From positions 10,106 to 74,105 of the IMG/VR virus record IMGVR_UViG_3300036817_000261: a stretch of 64,000 nucleotides of DNA. One strand, 5' to 3'. A model generated the notes under the pieces. It was not told the DNA's origin. It ran no database searches and was given only the letters and a program-made list of their open reading frames with translations. The translations under genes and the position numbers were made by a program. This document shows, piece after piece, positions 17,918-27,160 of the stretch. The DNA is from a virus. The first letter of the stretch is position 1, and the number at the start of each line of letters is the position of its first letter.

Positions 17918-18129
17918 TTCAGGAATTCGAGACTTGGAGCTGTCACATCTGCGGCCAGGAGCGCCCGGATGAATTGATAGGCGTCCTCAGTACCGATGTG
18001 AGTGCTGAGCACAATCTAGCGGCTGGCACAATGACTCAAAACGTGCGTTACTGCACCGACAACCCAACCTGCCGCGAGGCGGCGACCACATACCGGTTCT
18101 TGCAGCGCAGGCATGAACGAAAGCTATGA
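17914..18129 (+). CDS. small Cys-rich protein
   Basis: WSCHICGQERPD...NVRYCTDNPTC; ATGA coupling. Confidence 0.55.
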   Translation: MIQEFETWSCHICGQERPDELIGVLSTDVSAEHNLAAGTMTQNVRYCTDNPTCREAATTYRFLQRRHERKL

Positions 18130-18416
18130 GCGATCAATTCGACACTAGCAAGTACGGCCAAATCCAGAAGCAGCAAGGAGCAGCGGAACAAATCGCAGCA
18201 CGCGACACGCGCGAGCTGTTAGCGGATATGGCAAGCGAGCTAAAATTCAGTTATGCGATTCTGTGTAATGTACAAGCGCAGTTAGACAGAATCGAGAGAG
18301 TGGTCACCGGCAATCCGAGCCTGATGCAAGGCGAAGCTCACATTGGCTTGCAGCAAGAGCAGACTCCGCTAGGGCAGCAAACAGGCACTTTTGTTAGAGC
18401 CGATCAGAACTCGTGA
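18126..18416 (+). CDS. hypothetical protein
   Basis: ATGA coupling. Confidence 0.5.
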   Translation: MSDQFDTSKYGQIQKQQGAAEQIAARDTRELLADMASELKFSYAILCNVQAQLDRIERVVTGNPSLMQGEAHIGLQQEQTPLGQQTGTFVRADQNS

Positions 18417-18784
18417 CAACGAATCTGTATTTCCAAGCTTTGCAAGCTGAGACCAAGGAACAAGCCTTGGCTTTCATACTGGCCCTAGTGAGCGAGGCCC
18501 AGAAAGCGGATCCCAAGCTGCCGTACGAGGAGGCGCTAATTCTGGTCAACGTGAACCTGGGCTACGACATCGGGTACTTGGGTGACGAAGCCAGAGCGCG
18601 CGCGCTTGAGCTGTACCCAGACGCCCAGCATCCGATCCTGGGCCGGGTCTTTGGTGATTTAGACGCAGACACGCTAATCGCCGCCGGGATGGCATTTGCG
18701 AAGGGCGGGATAGACGCGGCTAGGCAGATAGTCAAAGACGCACGCGAACGTGGCCGAGGTCAGCCAGACGCACCATGCTCTTAG
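18413..18784 (+). CDS. hypothetical protein
   Basis: GTGA coupling; NLGYDIGY...HPILG. Confidence 0.55.
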   Translation: MTTNLYFQALQAETKEQALAFILALVSEAQKADPKLPYEEALILVNVNLGYDIGYLGDEARARALELYPDAQHPILGRVFGDLDADTLIAAGMAFAKGGIDAARQIVKDARERGRGQPDAPCS

Positions 18785-18957
18785 TTGCGATGAATGACTT
18801 ACGCGCAGCGCTGATTGAATGCCTCCATACTTACGGAGCCGAATGCGACTGGGTCGTAGATGAGAGCGAGCACGGCCTGAGTGTGAGTGTCCTGTACCTC
18901 CAACCCCAGCCCGGACCACGAGAGCCGATCAGCAGGCACGCCGCCGAGTCAACATGA
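18775..18957 (+). CDS. hypothetical protein
   Basis: Coupled small ORF. Confidence 0.4.
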   Translation: MLLVAMNDLRAALIECLHTYGAECDWVVDESEHGLSVSVLYLQPQPGPREPISRHAAEST

Positions 18958-19235
18958 AAATAAGTCCAGAACAGTTGGGCAAGCTCAGCTACAAATGGGA
19001 AGCTTTCATGGAGCTGGAACTGGGGATGCGCCTGCCTTACATCTCCTTGATCTATGCGCCTGAAGGCGGCTTAGGCTTCTTCACCAACCGCACCTCGAAT
19101 AAAGAGATCGAACAGATCCTGCAAGCCGCCCTAGAGGCGATCCGAACCGAGAGACGCTGGATCAGCCTGGAGGGCGAAGTCGTCGGCGAGTTGCCTATCC
19201 CCGAGCAGCCGAAGCAGCCGCACGCCGCCGAGTAA
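18954..19235 (+). CDS. hypothetical protein
   Basis: ATGA coupling. Confidence 0.5.
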   Translation: MKISPEQLGKLSYKWEAFMELELGMRLPYISLIYAPEGGLGFFTNRTSNKEIEQILQAALEAIRTERRWISLEGEVVGELPIPEQPKQPHAAE

Positions 19236-19257
19236 ACCCGAAACCCTTATCATTCTC

Positions 19258-19467
19258 ATGCGAAGCCACGGCCTGCCTTCCAAGCTCGTGCCGTGCCTTG
19301 TGTGCCGCAAGCCTTACCGGCGCTCACCGGGTCGCGGCAACCGTCACTACTGCAGCCGCCGCTGCTACAAGATCTTTTGCCGCTTCTGCGCCGTCGCCCT
19401 CCGCGACGAAGTCCTTAGGAGCCAAATCCTCGGGCACGATTCTTCAGCCCTCGACCTCGCCGCCTGA
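19258..19467 (+). CDS. small Zn-finger protein
   Basis: CLVC...YCSRRC. Confidence 0.5.
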   Translation: MRSHGLPSKLVPCLVCRKPYRRSPGRGNRHYCSRRCYKIFCRFCAVALRDEVLRSQILGHDSSALDLAA

Positions 19468-19935
19468 TTGAGCGGCCCGCAATCGTGCTCTGGCCTCGTC
19501 TATGCGCCTCTGGGCGAGTCGTATGTCCTGCATCCAGTAGGGCTCTGCGCCCGCCTCGAGTTTGGGATCTGGTGTAAGTGGCTCTTGTTCAGGTAGTTCT
19601 GTCATAAGATCATACAATAGAGATCATGTAAAATAGGATGAGCCAGCCTGACGCGCGCCTGGAGCGGGGGCAGGTTCCCCACGTAGGGAGGCGACCCTCC
19701 GCGCCTAGGGAGGGTCACCCTCCGAGCGTTACGCGGCGAAACACGAAGGGGGGCATTGCCCGCTGCAAGGGTGGTCAGACCGAGCGCGCCACCCACGCTC
19801 GTGCTCATTTGCATTTTCTTGAAAAGACCCCCACCCGGCTCTTGGGAAAAGGGGACCCTATTTGGGAGGTGGTAGTACTGGCAATTTGTGGGCACGGGAT
19901 TCTAAGGTTGCTATGCGGAAGGATCCTAGTAAGTA

Positions 19936-20349
19936 ATGAAAGTGTCAACAATAAGTAATCCCGAGGAAAAGAGGGCGCGTAACCGGGAAGCGGTGCGTCG
20001 GTATCGTGCCAATCCGAAGACGGCGTACAGTGCGGCGAGGCAGACGCGGGAGGCGCAGGCGAGGTGGCGTGAGCGGCAGAAAAAGAAAGGTAAGGCGAAT
20101 GACAAGAGAGCATCTATTCAAAAGGGTCGAGGCAATGAGTGCGGTATTGCGAGAGCTACAGAAGGAACTGACAGGCCGGGAGTGGACGCATGTGCGGCAC
20201 CTGCTCTCGATCTCGAGCATGACCCTGGAGGTACTTTTGTGCTACCTGAACAAGGAGCTGCAGAAGGAGCGGATGGGCTCGATGCCCAGGCAAGGACAAG
20301 AGGCACAACCCTAAGACAGAAAGAAGGAATAGAGGTGGAAGGCTTTTAG
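19936..20349 (+). CDS. Arg-rich hypothetical protein
   Basis: Basic helical N-terminus; 3' part overlaps 20099..20314. Confidence 0.35.
   Translation: MKVSTISNPEEKRARNREAVRRYRANPKTAYSAARQTREAQARWRERQKKKGKANDKRASIQKGRGNECGIARATEGTDRPGVDACAAPALDLEHDPGGTFVLPEQGAAEGADGLDAQARTRGTTLRQKEGIEVEGF
20099..20314 (+). CDS. hypothetical helical protein
   Basis: MTREHLFKRV... with AAGG RBS. Confidence 0.45.
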   Translation: MTREHLFKRVEAMSAVLRELQKELTGREWTHVRHLLSISSMTLEVLLCYLNKELQKERMGSMPRQGQEAQP

Positions 20350-20493
20350 GCACCCTTCGTTAATGCTTTTGGAGTTGCGGGGGTCTTCTTTTTCATAGGT
20401 CGCACTGGATGCCTGGGGGCTCAAGGAGGGCCTCCAACTGGGTTTCAAGCTCTTTGAGGTCCGAGCTGGAGAGAACCGCTTTTTCCCAACGGA

Positions 20494-20694
20494 TCATAAA
20501 CGCGAGCGGCGCAGATGCTCCATCACTTCATCGTTCCAAGCCTTTTGGGCATCGGCTAAATCACTCCTGATTGGTCCCTGGTAAGCGCAATCCTTGCACT
20601 CAAGCCGCCACTCCAAGGAAGGCTTTTCGCCTCGATAAGCGGTAGTTAAATTATCCGAGCCGCATCTCAAACACGGCAGAGGCTCCTCGTTCAT
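20494..20694 (-). CDS. Lar-like restriction alleviation family protein
   Basis: PLPCLRCGS...LECKDC..QGP...AQKAWN. Confidence 0.6.
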   Translation of the reverse strand: MNEEPLPCLRCGSDNLTTAYRGEKPSLEWRLECKDCAYQGPIRSDLADAQKAWNDEVMEHLRRSRL

Positions 20695-20701
20695 TTGACT
20701 T

Positions 20702-21013
20702 TCATTGCTGGCCCGGTACTCGGGTCGCCTGCTCCGCGCTCCCTGGCACGTTCATGTCGAACTCCATCTGCTTAGCAGTAAACCACACCGTCAGACGGCT
20801 CCTGGCCTGTACCATTGCCCCTAGGGCAGCGGAGAGCTCGTCGCGTAAGCGCTCCTCGTTCCAGTTCCACATGGCTTCCGCCGCCAGCACCAAGCCCACC
20901 CAGAGACACTCGCGTTCCCTCCCTGGCTGGGTCATGTCGATTAAAATTAACATCGCTAGAACGATGTGCTGCTGCGTCGGTTCTCCGATGTCAACTCCGG
21001 GGCGCTCGCTCAT
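20702..21013 (-). CDS. hypothetical protein
   Basis: ORF in minus-strand cluster. Confidence 0.5.
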   Translation of the reverse strand: MSERPGVDIGEPTQQHIVLAMLILIDMTQPGRERECLWVGLVLAAEAMWNWNEERLRDELSAALGAMVQARSRLTVWFTAKQMEFDMNVPGSAEQATRVPGQQ

Positions 21014-21048
21014 TTAGGGTTGAGTACTGCCGTAAGTGTTGCCGGGAT

Positions 21049-21261
21049 TTATCGGGCGCTGGATGAGGGGGCGCTTCCTGTCACTGTCTCGGCTGATTTA
21101 ACTTCCACTCTAGCTAACTTCCACTCTAGCTGCGCCAGCCGTTCTTCCAAGTTCTCCAGCTGGGCCGTATGATTCTTCAAGAGGAGCCGTACCGTGTCGA
21201 TGGCACCAAAGGTCTGCTCCCTCAAAATTCGTACTTCGCGAATGAGCGAGTCAGTGCTCAT
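21049..21261 (-). CDS. coiled-coil hypothetical protein
   Basis: ATGA coupling. Confidence 0.5.
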   Translation of the reverse strand: MSTDSLIREVRILREQTFGAIDTVRLLLKNHTAQLENLEERLAQLEWKLARVEVKSAETVTGSAPSSSAR

Positions 21262-21776
21262 TGCAGGAGGGCTTTCATGTCTTCAGGACCCAGCTTACTG
21301 AAATCAATGGCCGCGTTTAAGAGCGCCCCGATCCAGCTCTCCATCCTCTTGGGATTATTCGCGCCAGCCCCCAGCTTCTCGCACTTGCCGCTTTCTCCCC
21401 GAATGATGTCCCAGCTCCAGAAATGCACCTCTTTTCCCCCGGTGCCGACTAAACAAAAAACGACCTCCTTGCGGTCAGGCCGGTCACGAGACCGCACGAA
21501 AGGCGGCTGCTGCTGCACCGAAGTCCAGGCCTCACTGACAAAGCTCCAGGCCCGTGCGCCACCGCTAGCGATCTGTTTGCCTGCCTTCATCACCATCGCT
21601 TTTTTCTCGGCGTCATCGCGCCACGGGCATCCGATGATCTCCACATTGCCATCCTCTTTCGCGACCACGATGGTCGGCATTACCGGTTCCCCCAGGCCGA
21701 TCAGGACCTGGGCAACAAAATCGTGTGCCGTCTTGACCAGATTATCCACTACTTCAGCTTCTGTTTGCGTGCTCAT
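21258..21776 (-). CDS. conserved hypothetical protein
   Basis: FVSEAW...PDRKEVV pattern. Confidence 0.6.
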   Translation of the reverse strand: MSTQTEAEVVDNLVKTAHDFVAQVLIGLGEPVMPTIVVAKEDGNVEIIGCPWRDDAEKKAMVMKAGKQIASGGARAWSFVSEAWTSVQQQPPFVRSRDRPDRKEVVFCLVGTGGKEVHFWSWDIIRGESGKCEKLGAGANNPKRMESWIGALLNAAIDFSKLGPEDMKALLQ

Positions 21777-21803
21777 TCAACCCTTGGTATATCATACCCA
21801 CCC

Positions 21804-22310
21804 ATGGGTCGTCCACCGGTCAGTGCCAAAGCCAAAGAGATAAACCGCAATAATGTCCGGCGCTGGAAAGAAAAGAACCCGGATCGGGTAAAAGCCCAGC
21901 GTGCCAGGGCACGGGCTCGGACACGAGTGGAGCGGGCTATCGAAATGCGCCGCACCGATCCAACCGGCGAGCTTGCCTACGGGCCAATCGATGGTGTAGA
22001 CCGGGCTCCGGATGCAAAAGAACCCGATCTCCCTCTCGCTTGCTCTGACCCAGATTCTGGAGTTAGAGAAGGACTTGCAACTGATCAAGCCCCTAGGCCC
22101 GCTCTCGAGCCACCTCCTATGGACGACCCAACGCTATCTGCGAATTCTCGCTCTGCTTTACAAGGACGCACTGGTATCATCGAACCACCTGAACTGGCCG
22201 AAGGACTGGCCGAAGAACGTGAGCGGCTCAAAAACTTCCGGCTCCTCCAAGGCCTCCACGATATCCGCGCGAAAATCGCCAGAGAAAACGGGATAGAAAT
22301 CGACCTGTGA
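21804..22310 (+). CDS. hypothetical protein with basic N-terminus
   Basis: MGRPPVSAKAKEINRNNVRRWKEKNPDRV. Confidence 0.5.
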   Translation: MGRPPVSAKAKEINRNNVRRWKEKNPDRVKAQRARARARTRVERAIEMRRTDPTGELAYGPIDGVDRAPDAKEPDLPLACSDPDSGVREGLATDQAPRPALEPPPMDDPTLSANSRSALQGRTGIIEPPELAEGLAEERERLKNFRLLQGLHDIRAKIARENGIEIDL

Positions 22311-22507
22311 AAGTCAAGCAGCAGGCCAAAATGATGGAGGCGCTTCCAGGTTGCCGCTGGGGAAAACCCGAGTCGAAAGATTCGACGGACGATAGCCGAG
22401 GTCGCGAATTGACGCCGGAGGTTGCGCTTAAGAACGGGGCGTCGGCACACGCCCACTCCATCACCTTACTGCCGGAATGGAAGCCGAAGTATGAACGAGC
22501 TCATTGA
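22307..22507 (+). CDS. hypothetical protein
   Basis: GTGA coupling. Confidence 0.35.
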   Translation: MKVKQQAKMMEALPGCRWGKPESKDSTDDSRGRELTPEVALKNGASAHAHSITLLPEWKPKYERAH

Positions 22508-22721
22508 ATTTTTCTGTCCTGCCTGCGACCACCGGATCGTCATAGAACCAAACCCCTGGGAACTTTTCGAACCGGCCCAGTTGAACATGCTGATCTGGGA
22601 CATGGAACAAGGCGGCCACGGGGAACACCCCATGTGCGAGGATGCCAGGGAGGCCTTAGTCGAAATGGAGGCTAGGAAAGACCGAGGTTGTGCAGGCTCC
22701 CCTGGCCCATCGAGCCGGTGA
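22491..22721 (+). CDS. small Cys/His protein
   Basis: CPAC...HGEHPMC. Confidence 0.5.
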   Translation: MNELIEFFCPACDHRIVIEPNPWELFEPAQLNMLIWDMEQGGHGEHPMCEDAREALVEMEARKDRGCAGSPGPSSR

Positions 22722-22934
22722 CTGTGTCGGGCGAGGCGGCATCGCAAACTCCGCTGGTGATCGTGTAGCCGTAGGGCCCGCTGGTTGAGGGGAAGCTCAT
22801 AGCCCGCAGGTTGTACGGTGGCACTCCCACCTTCTGGGTCCAGGCCGATGGCATCGGCTTAACCGGCTCGCCGCCGGGGCCCCGCACGTAGCGGGGATAG
22901 GGACTGGAAGGCCGGAAATGGACTAGCTGCACAT

Positions 22935-23429
22935 TTGTATTCGGAGCTGGACGAAACGAGCCGAATACCGGTATTATGTTCGTTTGTGGCATATCAGAGA
23001 AAGATCTACGAGCCGAAATTGTGCTTAGGCTGCGGCAAGGAGTTTCAGCCGCGTAAAAACTACCACATTTATTGTTCACAGAAATGCGCGGAGCCAACTT
23101 ACCGGCCAGACCGTTATCATTTTGAGAAATCCATCCCCAGCGGGACGGTGGGTGCCATTGGTGAGCTTTACGTGAGTCTCTGGCTCATGCGTAATGGCTG
23201 GGACGTCTATCGAGCACTGAGTCCAGCTGCCAGCTGTGACATTGCGGCGATCAAAGAAAATCGCTTATATCGATTCGAGGTCCGCACAGGCTACCGCAAT
23301 CGTGCCGGACAGGTGTGCTATCCCAAAAAATCTATACGAGCCGAAAACGTTGCGGTCGTCATCTACCCAGAACCAGAGCTTGTTTTCCTGCCGGAAACAC
23401 CTCTGCCAGCAAAGATGCTTGAGAATTAA
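22935..23429 (+). CDS. PD-(D/E)XK endonuclease (homing-endonuclease-like) with N-terminal Zn finger
   Basis: CLGC...YCSQKC, then GAIGELYV...GWDVY...CDIAA...RFEVRT; probable start GTG 22986. Confidence 0.7.
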   Translation: MYSELDETSRIPVLCSFVAYQRKIYEPKLCLGCGKEFQPRKNYHIYCSQKCAEPTYRPDRYHFEKSIPSGTVGAIGELYVSLWLMRNGWDVYRALSPAASCDIAAIKENRLYRFEVRTGYRNRAGQVCYPKKSIRAENVAVVIYPEPELVFLPETPLPAKMLEN

Positions 23430-23597
23430 TGAATCTTCGATTCTGGTCGACGCACATGAGGGCTCCTGGGGCATTGTAGGGGCTTGGCCAAGTCGTCTGA
23501 AAGGGAGCCGGTTTGCACGGCACAGGTTTCCAGCCACTGAACTTCGAGCACCCCGAATAGGGAGATTGGAAGAGGACCGACTGGACAAAGGGCCTGT

Positions 23598-24020
23598 TCA
23601 TAGCGTGAACCCGGCGATGGATGCTGCGCCACTGGCAGCAGCGGCGATCCCGCCCCAACCGGTCGCTTTAAACTTGGTCCGGTGCGGCAGGAACTTGATC
23701 AGGCGCTTCTGGACGGCGTGCTGGTTGCAGATCTCGATGGCATCGTGACGCTTCTTCTCTCCCGGCCAGCGGTTAATCTGCAGCCAGCCATCATGCCAGT
23801 CATAGAAAAAGCAGCGCCAATAGCGAAAGGTCGAGCCGATTGCCGCTCGTTCAATCCGATAGGACTCCCCGCATTCGTCGCCCTGGAAATCCAGCTCGAT
23901 GCCGTCAGCCTGCGCGGCGGCATTGGCTAGCAGATTGCTGTAGTTGGCCTGCGCCTGCATGAGGGCATTGGCGTCGACCGGCGCTTGCGCCTGGGCATTG
24001 GCAAAGTTGTACTCATTCAT
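23598..24020 (-). CDS. hypothetical protein
   Basis: MNEYNFANAQ... coupled to the upstream ORF. Confidence 0.5.
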   Translation of the reverse strand: MNEYNFANAQAQAPVDANALMQAQANYSNLLANAAAQADGIELDFQGDECGESYRIERAAIGSTFRYWRCFFYDWHDGWLQINRWPGEKKRHDAIEICNQHAVQKRLIKFLPHRTKFKATGWGGIAAAASGAASIAGFTL

Positions 24021-24231
24021 AGCCCACGATCTCCTTGCACTTCCAGCAGATGACGGCGCAGTAGGGCTGCTCATAGAACTCGATCCAGGGAAAGGTTTTC
24101 TTTAATCGCATCCCGCACGCGCCTCGCTGCACTTGGCCGCGCAGAAACGGATCGAAAGGTTCAGCGCCGCACTTGGGGCAGCGCCGGAAAGGAGGAAGAG
24201 TCCCCTCAAGGAGCTTGGATTCGATGGGCAT
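24013..24231 (-). CDS. small Zn-binding protein
   Basis: CPKC...CAVICWKC. Confidence 0.55.
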   Translation of the reverse strand: MPIESKLLEGTLPPFRRCPKCGAEPFDPFLRGQVQRGACGMRLKKTFPWIEFYEQPYCAVICWKCKEIVGYE

Positions 24232-24319
24232 CTTTCTCTTGGCTTACGCCAAAGCCCTGTGCTATTCAAGAGCTGAAAGAGCGAGGTCCTTAAAACGAAC
24301 TCGTGAAAACCGATCAGAC

Positions 24320-24360
24320 AGAGGCTCGGAGCTGAGTGGCTTCGAGCCTCTTGTTTTATT
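24320..24360 (+). terminator. intrinsic terminator-like hairpin
   Basis: AGAGGCTCGGAGC-N6-GCTTCGAGCCTCT followed by TGTTTTATT. Confidence 0.55.
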
Positions 24361-24448
24361 GTCAAGTAGTTATTTCTTCCGAGGGAGACAGTGCTGTTCT
24401 CCCAGGGCAACTTGGAAAACTAACATTTCCATTATGGTAAATTACCAT

Positions 24449-24676
24449 ATGACAACGTTAGAAAAACCTATCACTCGCAAGACCCGGCGTAACTTCATGC
24501 ACTACCGGCGTCCGCTCATCGTGACGTTAACTCCGGGTGATTTGTTAACTATCCGAGAACATCGCTGCAAACGGTTAGTTTACATTGACCTGCACGCTCT
24601 CTATGTCGAGGCCCTGCGCAGAACTATCGCCGCCGAGAAACGTGATAAGAAAAAGCAGAGGAGACGAAAAAGTTAG
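24449..24676 (+). CDS. small basic protein (leaderless)
   Basis: MTTLEKPITRKT...; palindrome TATGGTAAATTACCATA overlaps the -10 and the start. Confidence 0.55.
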   Translation: MTTLEKPITRKTRRNFMHYRRPLIVTLTPGDLLTIREHRCKRLVYIDLHALYVEALRRTIAAEKRDKKKQRRRKS

Positions 24677-24701
24677 GGCCCCGTTTCAGCGGAGCCCTAA
24701 C
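24672..24701. terminator. hairpin between convergent genes
   Basis: GTTAGGGCCCCG-N6-CGGAGCCCTAAC. Confidence 0.55.
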
Positions 24702-24767
24702 CATGTGCTCAAATGCTATGCCAGACAAAGAAGCTAACTCGACCTCTAAGCCTCGGGCATCCAACTG

Positions 24768-25133
24768 TCAAGAGGTTGCTGGTGCAGTTGAGGGCGGAGC
24801 CGACGCTGGCGGGGTCGTGGCCGGAGGCGGATTAGCCGCCAGCGCATTTGTGATGGCTTGCTGGGCGCTTGCCAAGAGTGTCGGGTTGGGGGCGAGCTGG
24901 CTTTGGAGTTGGGCAATCGTCGCGTTGGCGGCGGTCACAGCGGCTTGATCAGTGGTCTCTGCCTTGAGGGCAGCGTTGATAGCATCGATTAAGGCTTGGA
25001 CAACAGAATCATCAATAGTCATTTGGTCTAGTTTCCGGTTGATGGCTTTTAGCTCGTTGTGGATGGACTGCAATTGCTCAAACACAGCATCCACTCTGTG
25101 ATTGAGGGCATTTAAAGTGAACTGTTCGCTCAC
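24768..25133 (-). CDS. coiled-coil protein of the lysis region
   Basis: Ala/Gln-rich helices, Pro-rich tail. Confidence 0.6.
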   Translation of the reverse strand: MSEQFTLNALNHRVDAVFEQLQSIHNELKAINRKLDQMTIDDSVVQALIDAINAALKAETTDQAAVTAANATIAQLQSQLAPNPTLLASAQQAITNALAANPPPATTPPASAPPSTAPATS

Positions 25134-25360
25134 GATTTTGGCGGTTTGGAAGGGGCGGCCGTGCCCTGCGGCGGCACAAAGGTCAGGCCTTTAATGATGC
25201 CGTCCAGTATGGTCTTAGCGCCGGTCGTCGCGTCCGTCGCGATAGTAACAGCGGGACCAATAGTTGGGATCAGGCCGGTGACCGCGCCTGCGGTTTGTTC
25301 AAACTTTTGAATAGAGGCCAGCACGTTATCTGCGTCTTGGAGTAATTGGGCGAATGTCAT
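25130..25360 (-). CDS. small hypothetical protein
   Basis: ATGA coupling. Confidence 0.55.
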   Translation of the reverse strand: MTFAQLLQDADNVLASIQKFEQTAGAVTGLIPTIGPAVTIATDATTGAKTILDGIIKGLTFVPPQGTAAPSKPPKS

Positions 25361-25872
25361 TTTATCTTCTTCTTGTGTCTGTTTGGGGTTGGAGTCGGAG
25401 CGGCTCCGAAAATGGAAGTAGTGATCCGCTCCAGTAACGGTTTAGGTTTTAGCACCGGAATAGCGGCTTTGACAGTCTGACGTGTGTGAAGCGCACTCTG
25501 CTCGGCATTCTGCGCCGCAGCGTGCGCACTGACTGCGCTGGCTTGGGTCGAGCGTACAGCATCAAGGATCTGCACGGTTTGATTGCCGACTTCGGTCTTA
25601 ACGTCATTCATGGTCGCCAGGGCCTTGTCTTGAAACTCGCGATTAGACTGGCGGGCTTGATGCGCTGCAAAGAACTCCAGTTCGCGGGCTAACCTTTCTT
25701 CGCCGAGGGCTCCTTCCAAATATTGGATCTCGGTCGCCTGCTGTTTAAGCAAATGCTCCATCCCGCTTCTAGTGGACTCCAGCTTTTCGCTAGTGAAGTA
25801 ATATCCAAGCCAGACTGCTGCCACCACCACCACCAGAAACACAGTCGATAGTGCACGGCCACTGAGCCGCAT
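25357..25872 (-). CDS. membrane-anchored coiled-coil protein (i-spanin-like)
   Basis: N-terminal TM followed by a long helical region. Confidence 0.5.
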   Translation of the reverse strand: MRLSGRALSTVFLVVVVAAVWLGYYFTSEKLESTRSGMEHLLKQQATEIQYLEGALGEERLARELEFFAAHQARQSNREFQDKALATMNDVKTEVGNQTVQILDAVRSTQASAVSAHAAAQNAEQSALHTRQTVKAAIPVLKPKPLLERITTSIFGAAPTPTPNRHKKKIK

Positions 25873-25903
25873 TCTCGGTTTACCTTCTCTGCCCAATTTT
25901 TCG

Positions 25904-26068
25904 CTAGTGGTAACCCCGTGCGAAAAGAGCCATGACGATAACGAATGCAACAACGAAGAGGACCATACCGAAGGTGTTGTCGTCATGGGCGTAAGCTCGC
26001 TCGATTTCACTAAAGGTATCGGTTAGTTGTGTCTCGTTTACCCCTACCCAGTGATTTACAGGAGTCAC
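25904..26068 (-). CDS. 54-aa single-TM protein (holin/antiholin candidate; not in the ORF track)
   Basis: GTGA coupling; MTPVNHWVGV...FGMVLFVVAFVIVMALFARGYH. Confidence 0.45.
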   Translation of the reverse strand: MTPVNHWVGVNETQLTDTFSEIERAYAHDDNTFGMVLFVVAFVIVMALFARGYH

Positions 26069-26910
26069 TTATGATCATCGCCACTCGGGTGCTGACTAAC
26101 ATTAGGTTGAAAAAATGGAGCACCGGGAAATTCCGGCATGTGTGCTCCCAGGTCATGCAAGGAATTCCACATCATACCGTTAGTTCGCTGCTGGTCGCTA
26201 AACTGGACATTGCGTACCTGTCCGTCCGCGTTGAATTGGGTTTCGACTTCGGTAAATTTTTGGTCAGTCCATGAGCTGATGCCGCGCACCTCTTTTGCTA
26301 GATCCGATACGGCTGCCTCCAGATGGGCCAGCTGAATCTTTTGATCGGCCCGGTCCTGAATCGAAGTCGAGTTCTGCTGGGTCACTTGCGCCTTGAACTC
26401 TGGGTAACCAGTAATCGCAGTGGCGATTGTCGAAATCGCATTCGAGTTCTGATTAACTTCGCTTTGTAGTTTGGAGCTGACCTCGTTGATCCTGTTCTGC
26501 GTCTCACTGCGCTGAGCTGTGTTCTCAGAGGTGATTAATTGCCGGGTGGCTTCTGCGGCCTGATTATTAAACCACGTAAAAACGACGAACAATGTGCCGC
26601 ATACTGCCGATACGCTAACGATGTTGTATTTGCGGTTCCCCTCAAGACTTTCAATTTTTGTCTTGGCTTCGCGTTGCTGGTCCTTGATGCCCTCGAGCTT
26701 GTCGCGTTGCTGATCCTTGATGCCCTCGAGTCTATCGGCAATGAGTTTTTCAGTCCGGTCATCGCGGCCCTGGCTTGCTGTGCCTTGGTTGCGCACCAGC
26801 TCGTTGAGCATGGACTCAATCCGGTCACTCTTATCCTCGCTGGATTTAAGCCGCGCCTCGATCCCGGCCATCCGGTTAACCAGCTCTATAACGGTAGACT
26901 CTTCTGGCAT
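26065..26910 (-). CDS. coiled-coil membrane protein
   Basis: Central TM; internal tandem LEGIKDQQR repeat. Confidence 0.65.
   Translation of the reverse strand: MPEESTVIELVNRMAGIEARLKSSEDKSDRIESMLNELVRNQGTASQGRDDRTEKLIADRLEGIKDQQRDKLEGIKDQQREAKTKIESLEGNRKYNIVSVSAVCGTLFVVFTWFNNQAAEATRQLITSENTAQRSETQNRINEVSSKLQSEVNQNSNAISTIATAITGYPEFKAQVTQQNSTSIQDRADQKIQLAHLEAAVSDLAKEVRGISSWTDQKFTEVETQFNADGQVRNVQFSDQQRTNGMMWNSLHDLGAHMPEFPGAPFFQPNVSQHPSGDDHK
26669..26730. repeat. 33-bp in-frame tandem duplication
   Basis: TCGCGTTGCTG(G/A)TCCTTGATGCCCTCGAG twice at 33-bp period. Confidence 0.8.
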
Positions 26911-26923
26911 CCGTGCCTTAGGT

Positions 26924-27160
26924 TTATCCAGACTGAGGCAAAGGCCAAGTTTGCTGCGCGCTAAAGATGTCGGTCAGATAAACCGGCGGCGGCAGGAAAG
27001 CCTCAGTCTGCGACCCCGGCGGATAGATCGATGCGTAAGGCGGCATCACGAAGGGACCTTCCTCCGGGTTGATGATGGCCCCCTTAATCGCCTGAACTTG
27101 GTTCTGGCCGCAGTAAGGCTTTACTGGGTTCCGGCCAGTGTAAGGATCTGGGGGGTTCAG
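26924..27160 (-). CDS. hidden Pro-rich ORF (CTG start or -1 frameshift extension)
   Basis: 78 codons, NPPDPYTGRNPVKPYCGQNQ...PEEGP..., sharing motifs with neighbouring Pro-rich proteins; CTGA overlaps the upstream stop. Confidence 0.5.
   Translation of the reverse strand: MNPPDPYTGRNPVKPYCGQNQVQAIKGAIINPEEGPFVMPPYASIYPPGSQTEAFLPPPVYLTDIFSAQQTWPLPQSG

Noticed and set aside
22935-23429. Group I intron around the endonuclease
   Set aside because: No interrupted host gene or recognisable P7/catalytic core sequences
26921-27010. Pseudoknot/ribozyme (GGTTTATC/GATAAACC crossing CAGACTGAGGC/GCCTCAGTCTG)
   Set aside because: Lies inside the hidden Pro-rich ORF and no ribozyme core motif was recognised; cannot be supported without covariation data
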